Positions 44,627 through 53,305 of a stretch of 64,000 nucleotides of DNA are shown here, one piece after another; the first letter of the stretch is position 1, and every line of letters starts with the position of its first letter. The DNA lies in NCBI GenBank assembly GCA_964508495.1, contig CAZDUA010000003.1, positions 8,867 to 72,866 of the forward strand. The letters run 5' to 3'. Below the pieces are notes generated by a model that was not told the origin of the DNA, searched no databases, and saw nothing but the letters and a program-made list of their open reading frames with translations. The position numbers and the translations under genes are program-made. The stretch comes from an uncultured Methanosarcinales archaeon (GTDB lineage: Archaea; Nanobdellota; Nanobdellia; Woesearchaeales; ARS49).

Positions 44627-46456
44627 ATGCCAAAGAGTGTGGTGGAAAAGCTTGTTCCGGATACAAGCGTTATAATTCAGGGGTTGGTTAGCGAGCAGTT
44701 ATCCAAGGGCGAGCTTCAGGTAGGTGAACTTATTTTGCACGAGGCTGTTCTTGCTGAGCTTGAGCATCAGGCTAATGCGGGTCGTGCTTCTGGATATATT
44801 GGTCTTGATGAAGTGCAGCGTTTGCATGAGATGGCTGAGAAGAAGCGTTTGACTTTGCGTTTTGCCGGTCATCGTCCTGGCGCGAATGAGATTAGGTATG
44901 CGAAGCTGGGAGAAATAGACAGTGTCATCCGCCAGCTTGCTTATGATGAGGATGCAACTTTGCTTACGGCTGATAAGGTGCAGGCTCGTGTTGCTGAAGC
45001 GCGTGGCGTTAAAGTTATTTTTGTTCCGCAGAAGGAATATTGTCCTAAGCCTTTGAAGATGGATGCTTTTTTTGATGAAACAACTATGTCTGTTCATTTG
45101 CGAGATAGGGTTTTGCCTATGGCGAAGAAGGGCGCTCCGGGCAACTGGCAGTTTGTGCCTATTAAAAATAATCTGATGACTTCTGAGGAGATTAAGGAGA
45201 TTTCCCGTGAGATGATTGAAGAGGCCGGCTGTCGCACTGATGGTTTTTTGGAAATCCAGCGCGAGGGCTCAACAATAGTCCAGCTTGGACTATATCGAAC
45301 AGTTATCTTGCGTCCTCCTTTTAGCGATAATTGGGAGATTACTTGTGTTCGTCCTGTGCGTCATTTGAAGATGAATGATTATGTGATGTCCGAAAAGCTG
45401 AACAAGCGTTTGTCAGAGCAGGCTGAGGGAGTTCTTATTGCAGGTGCCCCTGGTATGGGTAAGTCTACTTTTGCTCAAGCTTTGGTAGAGCAATACGCCG
45501 CGCTTGGAAAGATTATCAAAACTGTTGAAGCGCCTAGAGATTTAGTCCTGCCTGATACAATTACTCAGCTCTCGTATAGTCGTAGCACGCCTGAGGAAGT
45601 TCATGACGTCTTGTTGTTGTCCCGTCCAGACTACTCATTATTCGATGAGATGCGTAATCCTAAGGATTTCAGTTTGTTTTCTGATCTGCGTTTGGCTGGT
45701 GTTGGGATGATTGGTGTTGTTCATGGAACGACTGCATTAGATGCCATTCAGCGTTTTATTGGCAAGATTGACTTGGGAGTGATTCCTCACGTTGTTGATA
45801 CTGTTGTTTTTATCAAGCACGGTAAGGTCGAACAAGTTTTGGGAATTAAGATGATTGTGAAAGTGCCTGCTGGTATGACAGAGGCTGATTTGGCGCGTCC
45901 TGTTGTTGTCATTAGTGATTTCGAGTCTGACAAGGCAATCGCCGAAATTTATTCTTATGGTGAAGAAACCGTGGTTGTTCCAGTGCAGGAGGAGCGTCAG
46001 ACTGGCGCCAAGGCTCTTGCTGCTCAGCATTTGCAAAAAATCTTCCAGCGTTATGGTGATGATGTTAAGGTTGAAGTTGTTGGCGACCATAAGGCTGTTG
46101 TTTATGTTCCGGAAAAATTCATTCCCGCGATTATCGGCCAGGGCGGCAAGAATGTCCAGGCGTTAGAACAGCAATTAGGTATTGGTCTTGATATTCGTGA
46201 GCTTGGCGAACAGCCGAGAACGTCAACCGGAAGAGAAATTCAGTATAGGGTGACGGGTAGCAAAAATCACGTTGAATTTTTATTGGGCGATCAGTATTCT
46301 GGCAAGAACATTGACGTTAAAGTTAACAATGAGTATGTTGCTACTTTTGCTGTTAGTCATAATGGCTTGGTAAGGATTAAAAAATCTAATAAGTTCGGTA
46401 ACATGATCATGGATGCTTTAGACCGTGGTGATAAGGTTAGTTTTGTAGGTGAATAA
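44627..46456 (+). CDS. PIN-domain ATPase with KH domain (PINA-like)
   Basis: PDTSVII, ELEHQAN, TAD, GAPGMGKSTF, VEAPRDL, RPDY..FDEMR, IIGQGG KH motif. Confidence 0.92.
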   Translation: MPKSVVEKLVPDTSVIIQGLVSEQLSKGELQVGELILHEAVLAELEHQANAGRASGYIGLDEVQRLHEMAEKKRLTLRFAGHRPGANEIRYAKLGEIDSVIRQLAYDEDATLLTADKVQARVAEARGVKVIFVPQKEYCPKPLKMDAFFDETTMSVHLRDRVLPMAKKGAPGNWQFVPIKNNLMTSEEIKEISREMIEEAGCRTDGFLEIQREGSTIVQLGLYRTVILRPPFSDNWEITCVRPVRHLKMNDYVMSEKLNKRLSEQAEGVLIAGAPGMGKSTFAQALVEQYAALGKIIKTVEAPRDLVLPDTITQLSYSRSTPEEVHDVLLLSRPDYSLFDEMRNPKDFSLFSDLRLAGVGMIGVVHGTTALDAIQRFIGKIDLGVIPHVVDTVVFIKHGKVEQVLGIKMIVKVPAGMTEADLARPVVVISDFESDKAIAEIYSYGEETVVVPVQEERQTGAKALAAQHLQKIFQRYGDDVKVEVVGDHKAVVYVPEKFIPAIIGQGGKNVQALEQQLGIGLDIRELGEQPRTSTGREIQYRVTGSKNHVEFLLGDQYSGKNIDVKVNNEYVATFAVSHNGLVRIKKSNKFGNMIMDALDRGDKVSFVGE

Positions 46457-46457
46457 G

Positions 46458-47726
46458 ATGTTGGATATCAGCTACGTTAGGCAATATCCGGATGTTGTAA
46501 GGGAGAATTTGCGTAAGCGTCAGGTTCCGGAGTATTTGACTTATTTTGATGCTGTTTTAAAGAATGATGAGTTGTGGCGTGGGTTGAAGGCTAAGGTTGA
46601 CCAGGCTCGTGCGAGGCGTAATAAGATTTCTGCTGAGATTAATGAGGCTAAGAAGTCTGGCAAGGATGCTTCCAAGCTTATCAAAGAGGCTGCGGAAATA
46701 CCTAAACTTATCGCTGAGGCTGAAAAGCAGCTTGCTGAACTGCACGACAAAATTCGTGTTTGTTTGTTTAAGATTCCCAACCTTACTCACGAGAGCGTGC
46801 CTTATGGTAAAGACGATACTGAGAACAAGGTTGTGAAGACTTTTGGTAAGAAGCCAACTTTCAAATTCGCGCCAATTAGTCATGTTGACCTCGTGCAGAA
46901 GAAGGGCTGGGTTGATTTTGAGCGTGCTGGTAAGATTTCTGGCGCGAGATGGTATTTTTTGAAGGGTGACTTGGCGGTTCTTGAGATGGCTATCGTGCAT
47001 TATGCTATGGATTTCATGCGTGAGAAGAAATTCACTCCTGTTGTTCCTCCTTTTATGATGTCGAGGAAGGCGTATGAGGGTGTTGTTAGTTTGGAGGACT
47101 TTGAGAATGTTATGTACAAAGTTGAGGGCGAAGATTTGTACTCGATTGCTACTTCAGAGCATCCATTGACCGCAATGTACATGGATGAAGTTCTTGATGA
47201 GTCTAACCTTCCAATAAAGCTTGCAGGATTTTCTACAAACTTCCGTAAGGAGGCCGGCGCTCATGGCAAAGACCAGAAGGGTATTTTCCGTGTTCACCAG
47301 TTTAACAAAGTAGAACAAATCGTAATCTGTCGTCCTGAAGAGTCTTGGCACTTCCATGAGGAATTGTTGAAGAATGCGTTAGAATTTTTTGATAGTTTGG
47401 GCTTGCATGGTCGTGTTGTGAATGTTTGTACTGGCGATTTGGGCATTATTGCTGCAAAGAAATATGATATTGAGGTTTGGTATCCTGTTCAGGATGCTTT
47501 TAGAGAGGTTGTTTCGTGTTCAAACTGCACGAGCTATCAGGCAGTGCGTTCTAACATTCGTTTCCAGCACGACCAGGAGCGTCATTTCGTGCACTCTTTG
47601 AACAGTACTTGCGTTGCTACGACAAGAGCTTTAGTCGCAATTCTTGAGAACTTCCAGAAGGATGATGGTAGTGTTATTGTTCCTGCGGTTTTGCAAAAAT
47701 ATACTGGTTTTAAGGTTATGAAATAA
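46458..47726 (+). CDS. serS: Serine--tRNA ligase
   Basis: N-terminal coiled coil, ATSEHP, FRKEAG.HG, FRVHQF.KVEQ, EVVSCSNC, HSLNST. Confidence 0.97.
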   Translation: MLDISYVRQYPDVVRENLRKRQVPEYLTYFDAVLKNDELWRGLKAKVDQARARRNKISAEINEAKKSGKDASKLIKEAAEIPKLIAEAEKQLAELHDKIRVCLFKIPNLTHESVPYGKDDTENKVVKTFGKKPTFKFAPISHVDLVQKKGWVDFERAGKISGARWYFLKGDLAVLEMAIVHYAMDFMREKKFTPVVPPFMMSRKAYEGVVSLEDFENVMYKVEGEDLYSIATSEHPLTAMYMDEVLDESNLPIKLAGFSTNFRKEAGAHGKDQKGIFRVHQFNKVEQIVICRPEESWHFHEELLKNALEFFDSLGLHGRVVNVCTGDLGIIAAKKYDIEVWYPVQDAFREVVSCSNCTSYQAVRSNIRFQHDQERHFVHSLNSTCVATTRALVAILENFQKDDGSVIVPAVLQKYTGFKVMK

Positions 47727-47727
47727 A

Positions 47728-48024
47728 ATGGCCGAGATTGCTTGGTGGGCGTGGCTTGGTATCGGATTGTTGGTAGCGCTCACTTCTGTTTTTAGTGGCG
47801 GCAAGCTTACTTTGTTCGCTTGGGTTGGTCTTGTTTTCATTGTTATCGGTATTGCTAAGGTTGTTTCTTTGTTCGTTTTAACGCCGAAAGAGGAGAAGAA
47901 AGTTCAGCAGCAGCGTATTCCAACTCCCTATCAGCACCAGCCTGCTTCTTATTGTCCTGTTTGCAGGTTTACGGTCATGCCTAATGATCGTTTTTGCAAG
48001 TATTGTGGCGCTAGATTAAGATAG
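47728..48024 (+). CDS. Small membrane protein with C-terminal zinc ribbon
   Basis: Two TM helices, then CPVC...FCKYCG.RL. Confidence 0.7.
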   Translation: MAEIAWWAWLGIGLLVALTSVFSGGKLTLFAWVGLVFIVIGIAKVVSLFVLTPKEEKKVQQQRIPTPYQHQPASYCPVCRFTVMPNDRFCKYCGARLR

Positions 48025-48074
48025 TATTCTGTACTCCCACAAATCTTAAAAATGCTTCTATTCTCGTTCTTGGT

Positions 48075-49148
48075 ATGGGGTTAAAAGATGTGTTGAGCGC
48101 AAATGAATCGCTGTTCAAGAATGAGGAGTCGTTAGATCCGGAATGGCTGCCTAAGAACTTGCCTTTTAGAGAAGAGCAGCATCATGCTATTGCTAATTGT
48201 ATTAAGCCTTTGTTGCAGAGTAGAACAGGAAGAAATTGCATCATCTCTGGCGCTCCGGGTATTGGTAAAACTGCTGCAGTAAAGCTCATTATGAAGGAGT
48301 TGGAAGAAAACCCTGATGTTAATGCTCCTGACATTTACATCTTGTACGTTAACTGTTGGCAGAAAAATACTACTTATAAAATCTTTGTAGAGCTCTGCGA
48401 GCAGTTGGGCTACAAGTTTACCCAGAACAAGAATACTGAGGATTTGTTTAAGATTGTCCAGAATATTGTTAACAAGAAGGCGGCTGTTTTCGCGTTTGAT
48501 GAGGTTGACAAAGTGGAGGATGTCGATTTCTTGTATCATATTTTCACTGACATTTTGAAGAAGACTATTTTAATGATTACTAATCGTCCTCAGTGGTATT
48601 CTGAGGTTGATGAGCGTATCCGCTCCAGATTGATTCCTGAAAAGATTAATTTCTCGCAATATTCTAGTGAGGAAATCTCTGGCATTTTGAAGCAGCGTAT
48701 TGATTATGCTTTCTCAGCTAATCGTTGGGATGATTCTGCGGTTAGCATGATTGTGGAAAAGACGATTTCTGCAGGTGATGTTCGTATTGGCTTGCATTTG
48801 TTGAGGGAGGCTGGTCTTGCTGCAGAAGATAGGTCTTCTAAGAAGGTTGTTCTTGAGCATGCTAAGCTTGCTCTTGCTAAGATGAGTGATTTCTCTATTA
48901 AGCCTGCTGAGGACTTGTCTGATGATTCTAAAGTTATTTTGGAATTAATCAAGGTTCAGTCTGGCAAGATTGGTGATTTGTTCAAGATTTATCAGGAGCA
49001 GGGTGGTGCTGGCACTTACAAGACTTTCCAGAGAAGAATTGAAACTTTGGAGAAAGGTGGCTTTATCGACACAAAGAAGATTGTGGGCGGTAAAGACGGC
49101 ACGACAACGTTAGTAACTACTAAGAACAAATCTTTGGACGAATTCTAA
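48075..49148 (+). CDS. cdc6: Orc1/Cdc6 replication initiation protein
   Basis: P..LP.RE, GAPGIGKT, VNC, FDEVD, RI.SRL, Y...EI..IL..R, GDVR. Confidence 0.9.
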   Translation: MGLKDVLSANESLFKNEESLDPEWLPKNLPFREEQHHAIANCIKPLLQSRTGRNCIISGAPGIGKTAAVKLIMKELEENPDVNAPDIYILYVNCWQKNTTYKIFVELCEQLGYKFTQNKNTEDLFKIVQNIVNKKAAVFAFDEVDKVEDVDFLYHIFTDILKKTILMITNRPQWYSEVDERIRSRLIPEKINFSQYSSEEISGILKQRIDYAFSANRWDDSAVSMIVEKTISAGDVRIGLHLLREAGLAAEDRSSKKVVLEHAKLALAKMSDFSIKPAEDLSDDSKVILELIKVQSGKIGDLFKIYQEQGGAGTYKTFQRRIETLEKGGFIDTKKIVGGKDGTTTLVTTKNKSLDEF

Positions 49149-49636
49149 AGCACTTCAATGTCTATTTGAGTGTAAGGGAACTGGTTTGTGTCTACTATCG
49201 TGTAATTTGTAGTGCCTGCTTCGTGCGCTATTGCGAAGTCCTTGCATTGTGCGAAAATGTCTTCTCTGCACTGCATCATTGATTCTTTTGTTGGGAACCT
49301 GTGCGTTTGGAGTTTTCCGTTCATTACTCCTCTTATGAGCCAGTTGCCTTTCATTTCTTTTGGCTCTTTGTCTGCTATGTCGGTGAGGCATTCGTATTCT
49401 CCTGATCCGAACTCGTGTATTACGACTCGTCCGTTGAAGTGTGCTCTTTCTTCGGTCAGTTTTTCTTCAAGTTCGCTTTTGTTAGAATAAATGCGCACGT
49501 GTTGGTATTTTGGGTTTGTTTTATCGTACGCTGCAAGCATTATCATGCTCGGCTTGTAATTGGGCTCGGCTCTTTCAATTCTGCCTTTCAGGTCTTTTAT
49601 TGCTTGGTCTTGTAATATGTGAAGCATCTTACTCAC
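49145..49636 (-). CDS. Hypothetical protein with internal two-fold repeat
   Basis: Fills the gap with minus-strand codon usage; two similar units ending IHEFGSGEY..LTD and AHEAGTTNY..VDT. Confidence 0.55.
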   Translation of the reverse strand: MSKMLHILQDQAIKDLKGRIERAEPNYKPSMIMLAAYDKTNPKYQHVRIYSNKSELEEKLTEERAHFNGRVVIHEFGSGEYECLTDIADKEPKEMKGNWLIRGVMNGKLQTHRFPTKESMMQCREDIFAQCKDFAIAHEAGTTNYTIVDTNQFPYTQIDIEVL

Positions 49637-49717
49637 AATTAACTATTAAATTGTATAGTCGATATTTAAATCTTGCCGAGAATAAGGTTTATATAGTATT
49701 CGGGCTAATTTCTGTTT

Positions 49718-50311
49718 ATGCCAAAAAGGGTGAGTTTGGAAGCTATCAACAGAAAGCTTGACGTTGTTCTTTCTTATCAGAAGAAGATTCTTTCTAGAGA
49801 AGCTGAAGTTGAAAAAGAGGAAAAGGCTGTAGAAAGCGAGGAAAGGGAAGAATTGCGAAAGTTGGAAGAGCTTGAATCAATGGAGAGGGAGCTTATTCAT
49901 GAGGTTGGCGAACATCCTTTGCAAAAGATTAGTTACAAGGATCTTGCGAAAGGCTGCATTGGTGCTTTTATTGGTGTTGGAGCGCATTATACTTTTGTTT
50001 ATGGTGTTAAGGTTGCAGCAGAGATAGACGTTACTCGTGCTACGTTGTTGTTCCCAATCTCGTACGCATTGGGCGGTATTTTCATGTACATGACTGGTTT
50101 TAGGAGAATTAAGGACCCGAAGATTATGTCTTTCTTGCCGTTGCGTTTGACAATTCTTTACGTTACTGCCATCATTACAGCAATGCTCGTGTTGTGGCTT
50201 TTCATTCCTGGGTTTTTCAGTGATTTTTGGACGTCATATAAGCAAGTTGCAACGGTTACATTAAGCGCTGTTATTGGTGCTTGTACTGCTGACTTGTTGG
50301 GGAAGGAATGA
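49718..50311 (+). CDS. Membrane protein with N-terminal coiled coil (DUF2391-like)
   Basis: Acidic coiled coil, four TM segments, C-terminal AVIGACTADLLGK. Confidence 0.6.
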   Translation: MPKRVSLEAINRKLDVVLSYQKKILSREAEVEKEEKAVESEEREELRKLEELESMERELIHEVGEHPLQKISYKDLAKGCIGAFIGVGAHYTFVYGVKVAAEIDVTRATLLFPISYALGGIFMYMTGFRRIKDPKIMSFLPLRLTILYVTAIITAMLVLWLFIPGFFSDFWTSYKQVATVTLSAVIGACTADLLGKE

Positions 50312-50676
50312 AGGACTTTCATCATTTGCAGGAAGAGAAGCTTTTGCGCGCTGAGCGTTTGTATAGTATTGTTTCTCAGATTCATAAGCTTCAACTGCAG
50401 GGCAATACTGAGTTTGTTGAAAAGTTCCTCGCTTCTTTTCCAGACCATCTCAATTACATGCTTGCTAAGGTGAAGGAGCAGGAAGCTTTGTGTGATAGTT
50501 CTGACCAATGTTTGGGCTTGTTGAGTATGGAGTCTTCTGCTTTGCAGGACTTGATCAGGCATTCTGAGCTGGTTGCTGCTAAGAAGGTGCCGCTTGATGT
50601 TGTGAAGTCTGTTGGTGTTTTGAATCTTATTCGTGCTAGAAAGGAGTTCTTTAAGCAGTTGAAGAAGGCCGCTTAG
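50308..50676 (+). CDS. Hypothetical protein
   Basis: ATGA overlap with the upstream gene; host-like codon usage. Confidence 0.6.
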   Translation: MKDFHHLQEEKLLRAERLYSIVSQIHKLQLQGNTEFVEKFLASFPDHLNYMLAKVKEQEALCDSSDQCLGLLSMESSALQDLIRHSELVAAKKVPLDVVKSVGVLNLIRARKEFFKQLKKAA

Positions 50677-50752
50677 TCACTGGACACTGGACATCTGCCT
50701 TCTTGAGCTATTTAAACCGTAATAACTATTTTTCTTCTCAGAGGTGATCAGT

Positions 50753-50842
50753 ATGGAAAACATCCAGGAATTGTTGTTCGAGCGAATAAAGGCGCTTACT
50801 AAGGCGTCGTGTAAGCGTGATTTGAGGTTGAGACGATGGTAG
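50753..50842 (+). CDS. Small ORF (29 aa) with strong Shine-Dalgarno
   Basis: GAGGTGAT at 50741-50748 and TTTAAA box upstream; MENIQELLFERIKALTKASCKRDLRLRRW*. Confidence 0.4.
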   Translation: MENIQELLFERIKALTKASCKRDLRLRRW

Positions 50843-50937
50843 ACTTGTATGATGACAACTCGATTGACTACTTTGAGGACGATGACGACCTTGATGGTGC
50901 CGAGGCAGGCTTTATGCGCGGATACTTGTCTGCGTAA
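50836..50937 (+). CDS. Small acidic protein (33 aa) ending E.GFM.GY
   Basis: GAGGT SD-like at 50824; MVDLYDDNSIDYFEDDDDLDGAEAGFMRGYLSA*. Confidence 0.5.
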   Translation: MVDLYDDNSIDYFEDDDDLDGAEAGFMRGYLSA

Positions 50938-50970
50938 CATTTTTATTTAGTTCTCTTTCTCACATTTCTT

Positions 50971-51525
50971 ATGAGGGTTTTATCTAAGAATGAGGTCATT
51001 GTTCACAAGCTTAAGATAGTCTCAGAGATAGCTGCCGGCGCAGTTTTCATCTATCCGACTGACACAATTTATGGTATTGGCTGTGACGCAACCAATGATA
51101 AATCCGTTAGAAGAATCCGCGAGATTAAACAGCGTGATGCTAAGCCTTTCTCAATCATAGCTCCTTCTATCGATTGGATTAAGGAGAACTGTGAATTAAA
51201 TGACAAAGCTAAGTCTTGGCTTCTAAAATTGCCTGGCCCTTACACTTTAATCCTGCCATTGAGGAATAATTCTGCCGTTTGCGCTCAAACTAATATGGGC
51301 GTGAAGACGATAGGCGTCCGCATGCCTAATCATTGGATTTCTGATTTGGTTTCAAAGTTCGGCAAGCCGTTAGTTACGACTTCTGTTAACACTGCAGGCG
51401 CCCCTCCTTCAACTACGCTTGAGCAATTGCAATCTTTCAGTGTTGACTTCATTATTTTTGATGGCGAGCTGGCTGGAAAGCCTAGTTCTGTTATTGATGC
51501 TGTTACTGGCAGGGTTATTAGGTAA
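50971..51525 (+). CDS. tsaC: Threonylcarbamoyl-AMP synthase (YrdC/TsaC domain)
   Basis: YPTDTIYGIGC, K.R..KP, PGPYT, GVRMP, TTSVN, PSSVID. Confidence 0.93.
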   Translation: MRVLSKNEVIVHKLKIVSEIAAGAVFIYPTDTIYGIGCDATNDKSVRRIREIKQRDAKPFSIIAPSIDWIKENCELNDKAKSWLLKLPGPYTLILPLRNNSAVCAQTNMGVKTIGVRMPNHWISDLVSKFGKPLVTTSVNTAGAPPSTTLEQLQSFSVDFIIFDGELAGKPSSVIDAVTGRVIR

Positions 51526-51569
51526 TCGACCACAACCTTTTTAAACCCCCTTTTTACTTTCGTATTTTT

Positions 51570-51971
51570 ATGACGACGAAGGTAGTGGGAGCTGGGACTC
51601 TTAAGGAAGGCAGTTATATTCTCGTAGATGGGTATGCTTGCAGGGTGTCTAGTTCTGAGACGTCTAAGTCTGGAAAGCACGGTCATGCTAAGGTCAGAAT
51701 TGTTGCTATTGGCCTCATAGATGAAAAAAAGCGTGAAGTCGTTATGCCTGCTCATGATAACGTTGAGGTTCCTATTGTTGAGAAGAAGTCTGCTCAGGTC
51801 TTGAGCGTTTCTGGGAATATGGCTAACGTGATGGACGAGGAGAATTTTGAGACTTTTGATATTAAGGTTCCTGAAGAGCTCAAGGCAACTGTTGTTCCTA
51901 ACTGTAAAGTTCTTTACTGGATTATTCTAGGAGAAAAAATTATGAAACAATTGAAAGGCGGTGCTGAATAA
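51570..51971 (+). CDS. eif5a: Translation factor aIF5A
   Basis: SKSGKHGHAK hypusine loop, V.VP..EK..AQV, MD.E.FET. Confidence 0.96.
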   Translation: MTTKVVGAGTLKEGSYILVDGYACRVSSSETSKSGKHGHAKVRIVAIGLIDEKKREVVMPAHDNVEVPIVEKKSAQVLSVSGNMANVMDEENFETFDIKVPEELKATVVPNCKVLYWIILGEKIMKQLKGGAE

Positions 51972-52132
51972 TGGTTAAGTTCCCTGAAGCTGATGCGAGG
52001 ATGTTTAGGAATAAGTTTGTTTGCAGGAGATGTAAGTCGGTCATCCGCGCTCCTTCTCGTAAGATTGCTGACCAGCAGGTTAAGTGTCGTTCGTGTGCTG
52101 GAAAGAAATTTAAACCCAAGCGTAAGAAGTAA
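51971..52132 (+). CDS. rpl40e: 50S ribosomal protein L40e; not in the ORF track
   Basis: MVKFPEADARMFRNKFVCRRCK...KCRSC.GKKFKPKRKK*. Confidence 0.9.
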   Translation: MVKFPEADARMFRNKFVCRRCKSVIRAPSRKIADQQVKCRSCAGKKFKPKRKK

Positions 52133-52138
52133 ACTCTC

Positions 52139-53305
52139 ATGAGTATTGATGGTATTGCAGCGATTGTATTTGTAGTTCTTCTTGCTGCATTTTTGTGGCG
52201 CAAGCGTCATCAGGTTCAGCTTCAGCGCGCCTTGTTCCCTTTGTTGTACGTGATTATGTATCGTTCTTCTTTTGGGCTGAAGTCCATGGACCGGCTTGCA
52301 AAAAGTTTTCCTAAAACTTTGCGTGCAATTGGCAACGTCTCTATCGTTATAGGGTTTCTTGGCATGGTTTTAATTTGCGGCGAGCTTATTTTTAACACTG
52401 TCAAAGTTTTTACAGAGGCAGGCGTTCCTGGCATCCAACCAGTCTTGCCGATTGAAGCCAAAGGTGTTTTCTTTGTGCCATTCCTGTACTGGATTCTTAG
52501 CATTTTCTTGTTAGCGCTCGTTCACGAGTTCGCTCATGGTGTTCTCGCGCGTGTGTATAACATTCCTGTTAAGAGCAGTGGTTTTGCTTTCTTGTGCATT
52601 TTGCTTCCAGTCATTCCTGCTGCTTTCGTCGAGCCTGATGAGAAAATCGTGCAAAAAAGGTCTTTTAGGCAGCAGTGGTCTGTTTTTGCTGCTGGTCCGG
52701 TTTCTAACTTATTGTTCGCTCTTGTCATGTTGGGCGTTTTTGCTGTTATGACTCCCGTGTTAACTTCTGCTTTTACTGAAAAGGGTGTCGAACTCATTCA
52801 CGTTACAGAAAACAGTTCCGCTTTTGCTGGTGGCTTGCGTGATGGCGATATTATTGAGAGTTTTAACGGTATTCCTATGTTGTCTTCTCAGAATATTTCT
52901 AATTTCTTGAACTCTTCTGTTCCGGGAGATGAAATCTTGATTGAAACAAGTAATAGTTCTTTTTCGATTATCACAGGTGCTCATCCTGATAATTCTTCTA
53001 AAGCTTATCTTGGCATTCAGGCCAAACCGTATCTTGAGCCGAATGCAGAATTTGTTTCAAAGTATGGTGGTTGGCTTCCTGTTGTGCTTAAGTGGTTTGC
53101 TGGTTTGATTTTCTGGTTGTTCATGCTAAATATAGGAATTGGCTTGTTTAACTTACTGCCAATCGGTCCTTTGGACGGCGGGCGAATGTTCCAGCTTGTT
53201 TGCTTGAAGTTCTTCAAGAAAGGGACTGCGTTAAAAATTTGTGGTTTTGTCAGTATTTTCTTTGTGGGGCTTATTCTTGCCAATCTTTTCGCAGGATTTT
53301 TTTAG
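52139..53305 (+). CDS. Site-2 protease (M50) with PDZ domain
   Basis: HEFAH, AFVEPD, AAGP.SN, PDZ (GLRDGDII), FNLLPIGPLDGG. Confidence 0.93.
   Translation: MSIDGIAAIVFVVLLAAFLWRKRHQVQLQRALFPLLYVIMYRSSFGLKSMDRLAKSFPKTLRAIGNVSIVIGFLGMVLICGELIFNTVKVFTEAGVPGIQPVLPIEAKGVFFVPFLYWILSIFLLALVHEFAHGVLARVYNIPVKSSGFAFLCILLPVIPAAFVEPDEKIVQKRSFRQQWSVFAAGPVSNLLFALVMLGVFAVMTPVLTSAFTEKGVELIHVTENSSAFAGGLRDGDIIESFNGIPMLSSQNISNFLNSSVPGDEILIETSNSSFSIITGAHPDNSSKAYLGIQAKPYLEPNAEFVSKYGGWLPVVLKWFAGLIFWLFMLNIGIGLFNLLPIGPLDGGRMFQLVCLKFFKKGTALKICGFVSIFFVGLILANLFAGFF

Noticed and set aside
48025..48074. Replication origin next to cdc6
   Set aside because: The intergenic gap is only about 50 nt, no ORB-like G-string repeats are visible, and the strand bias does not switch across cdc6.
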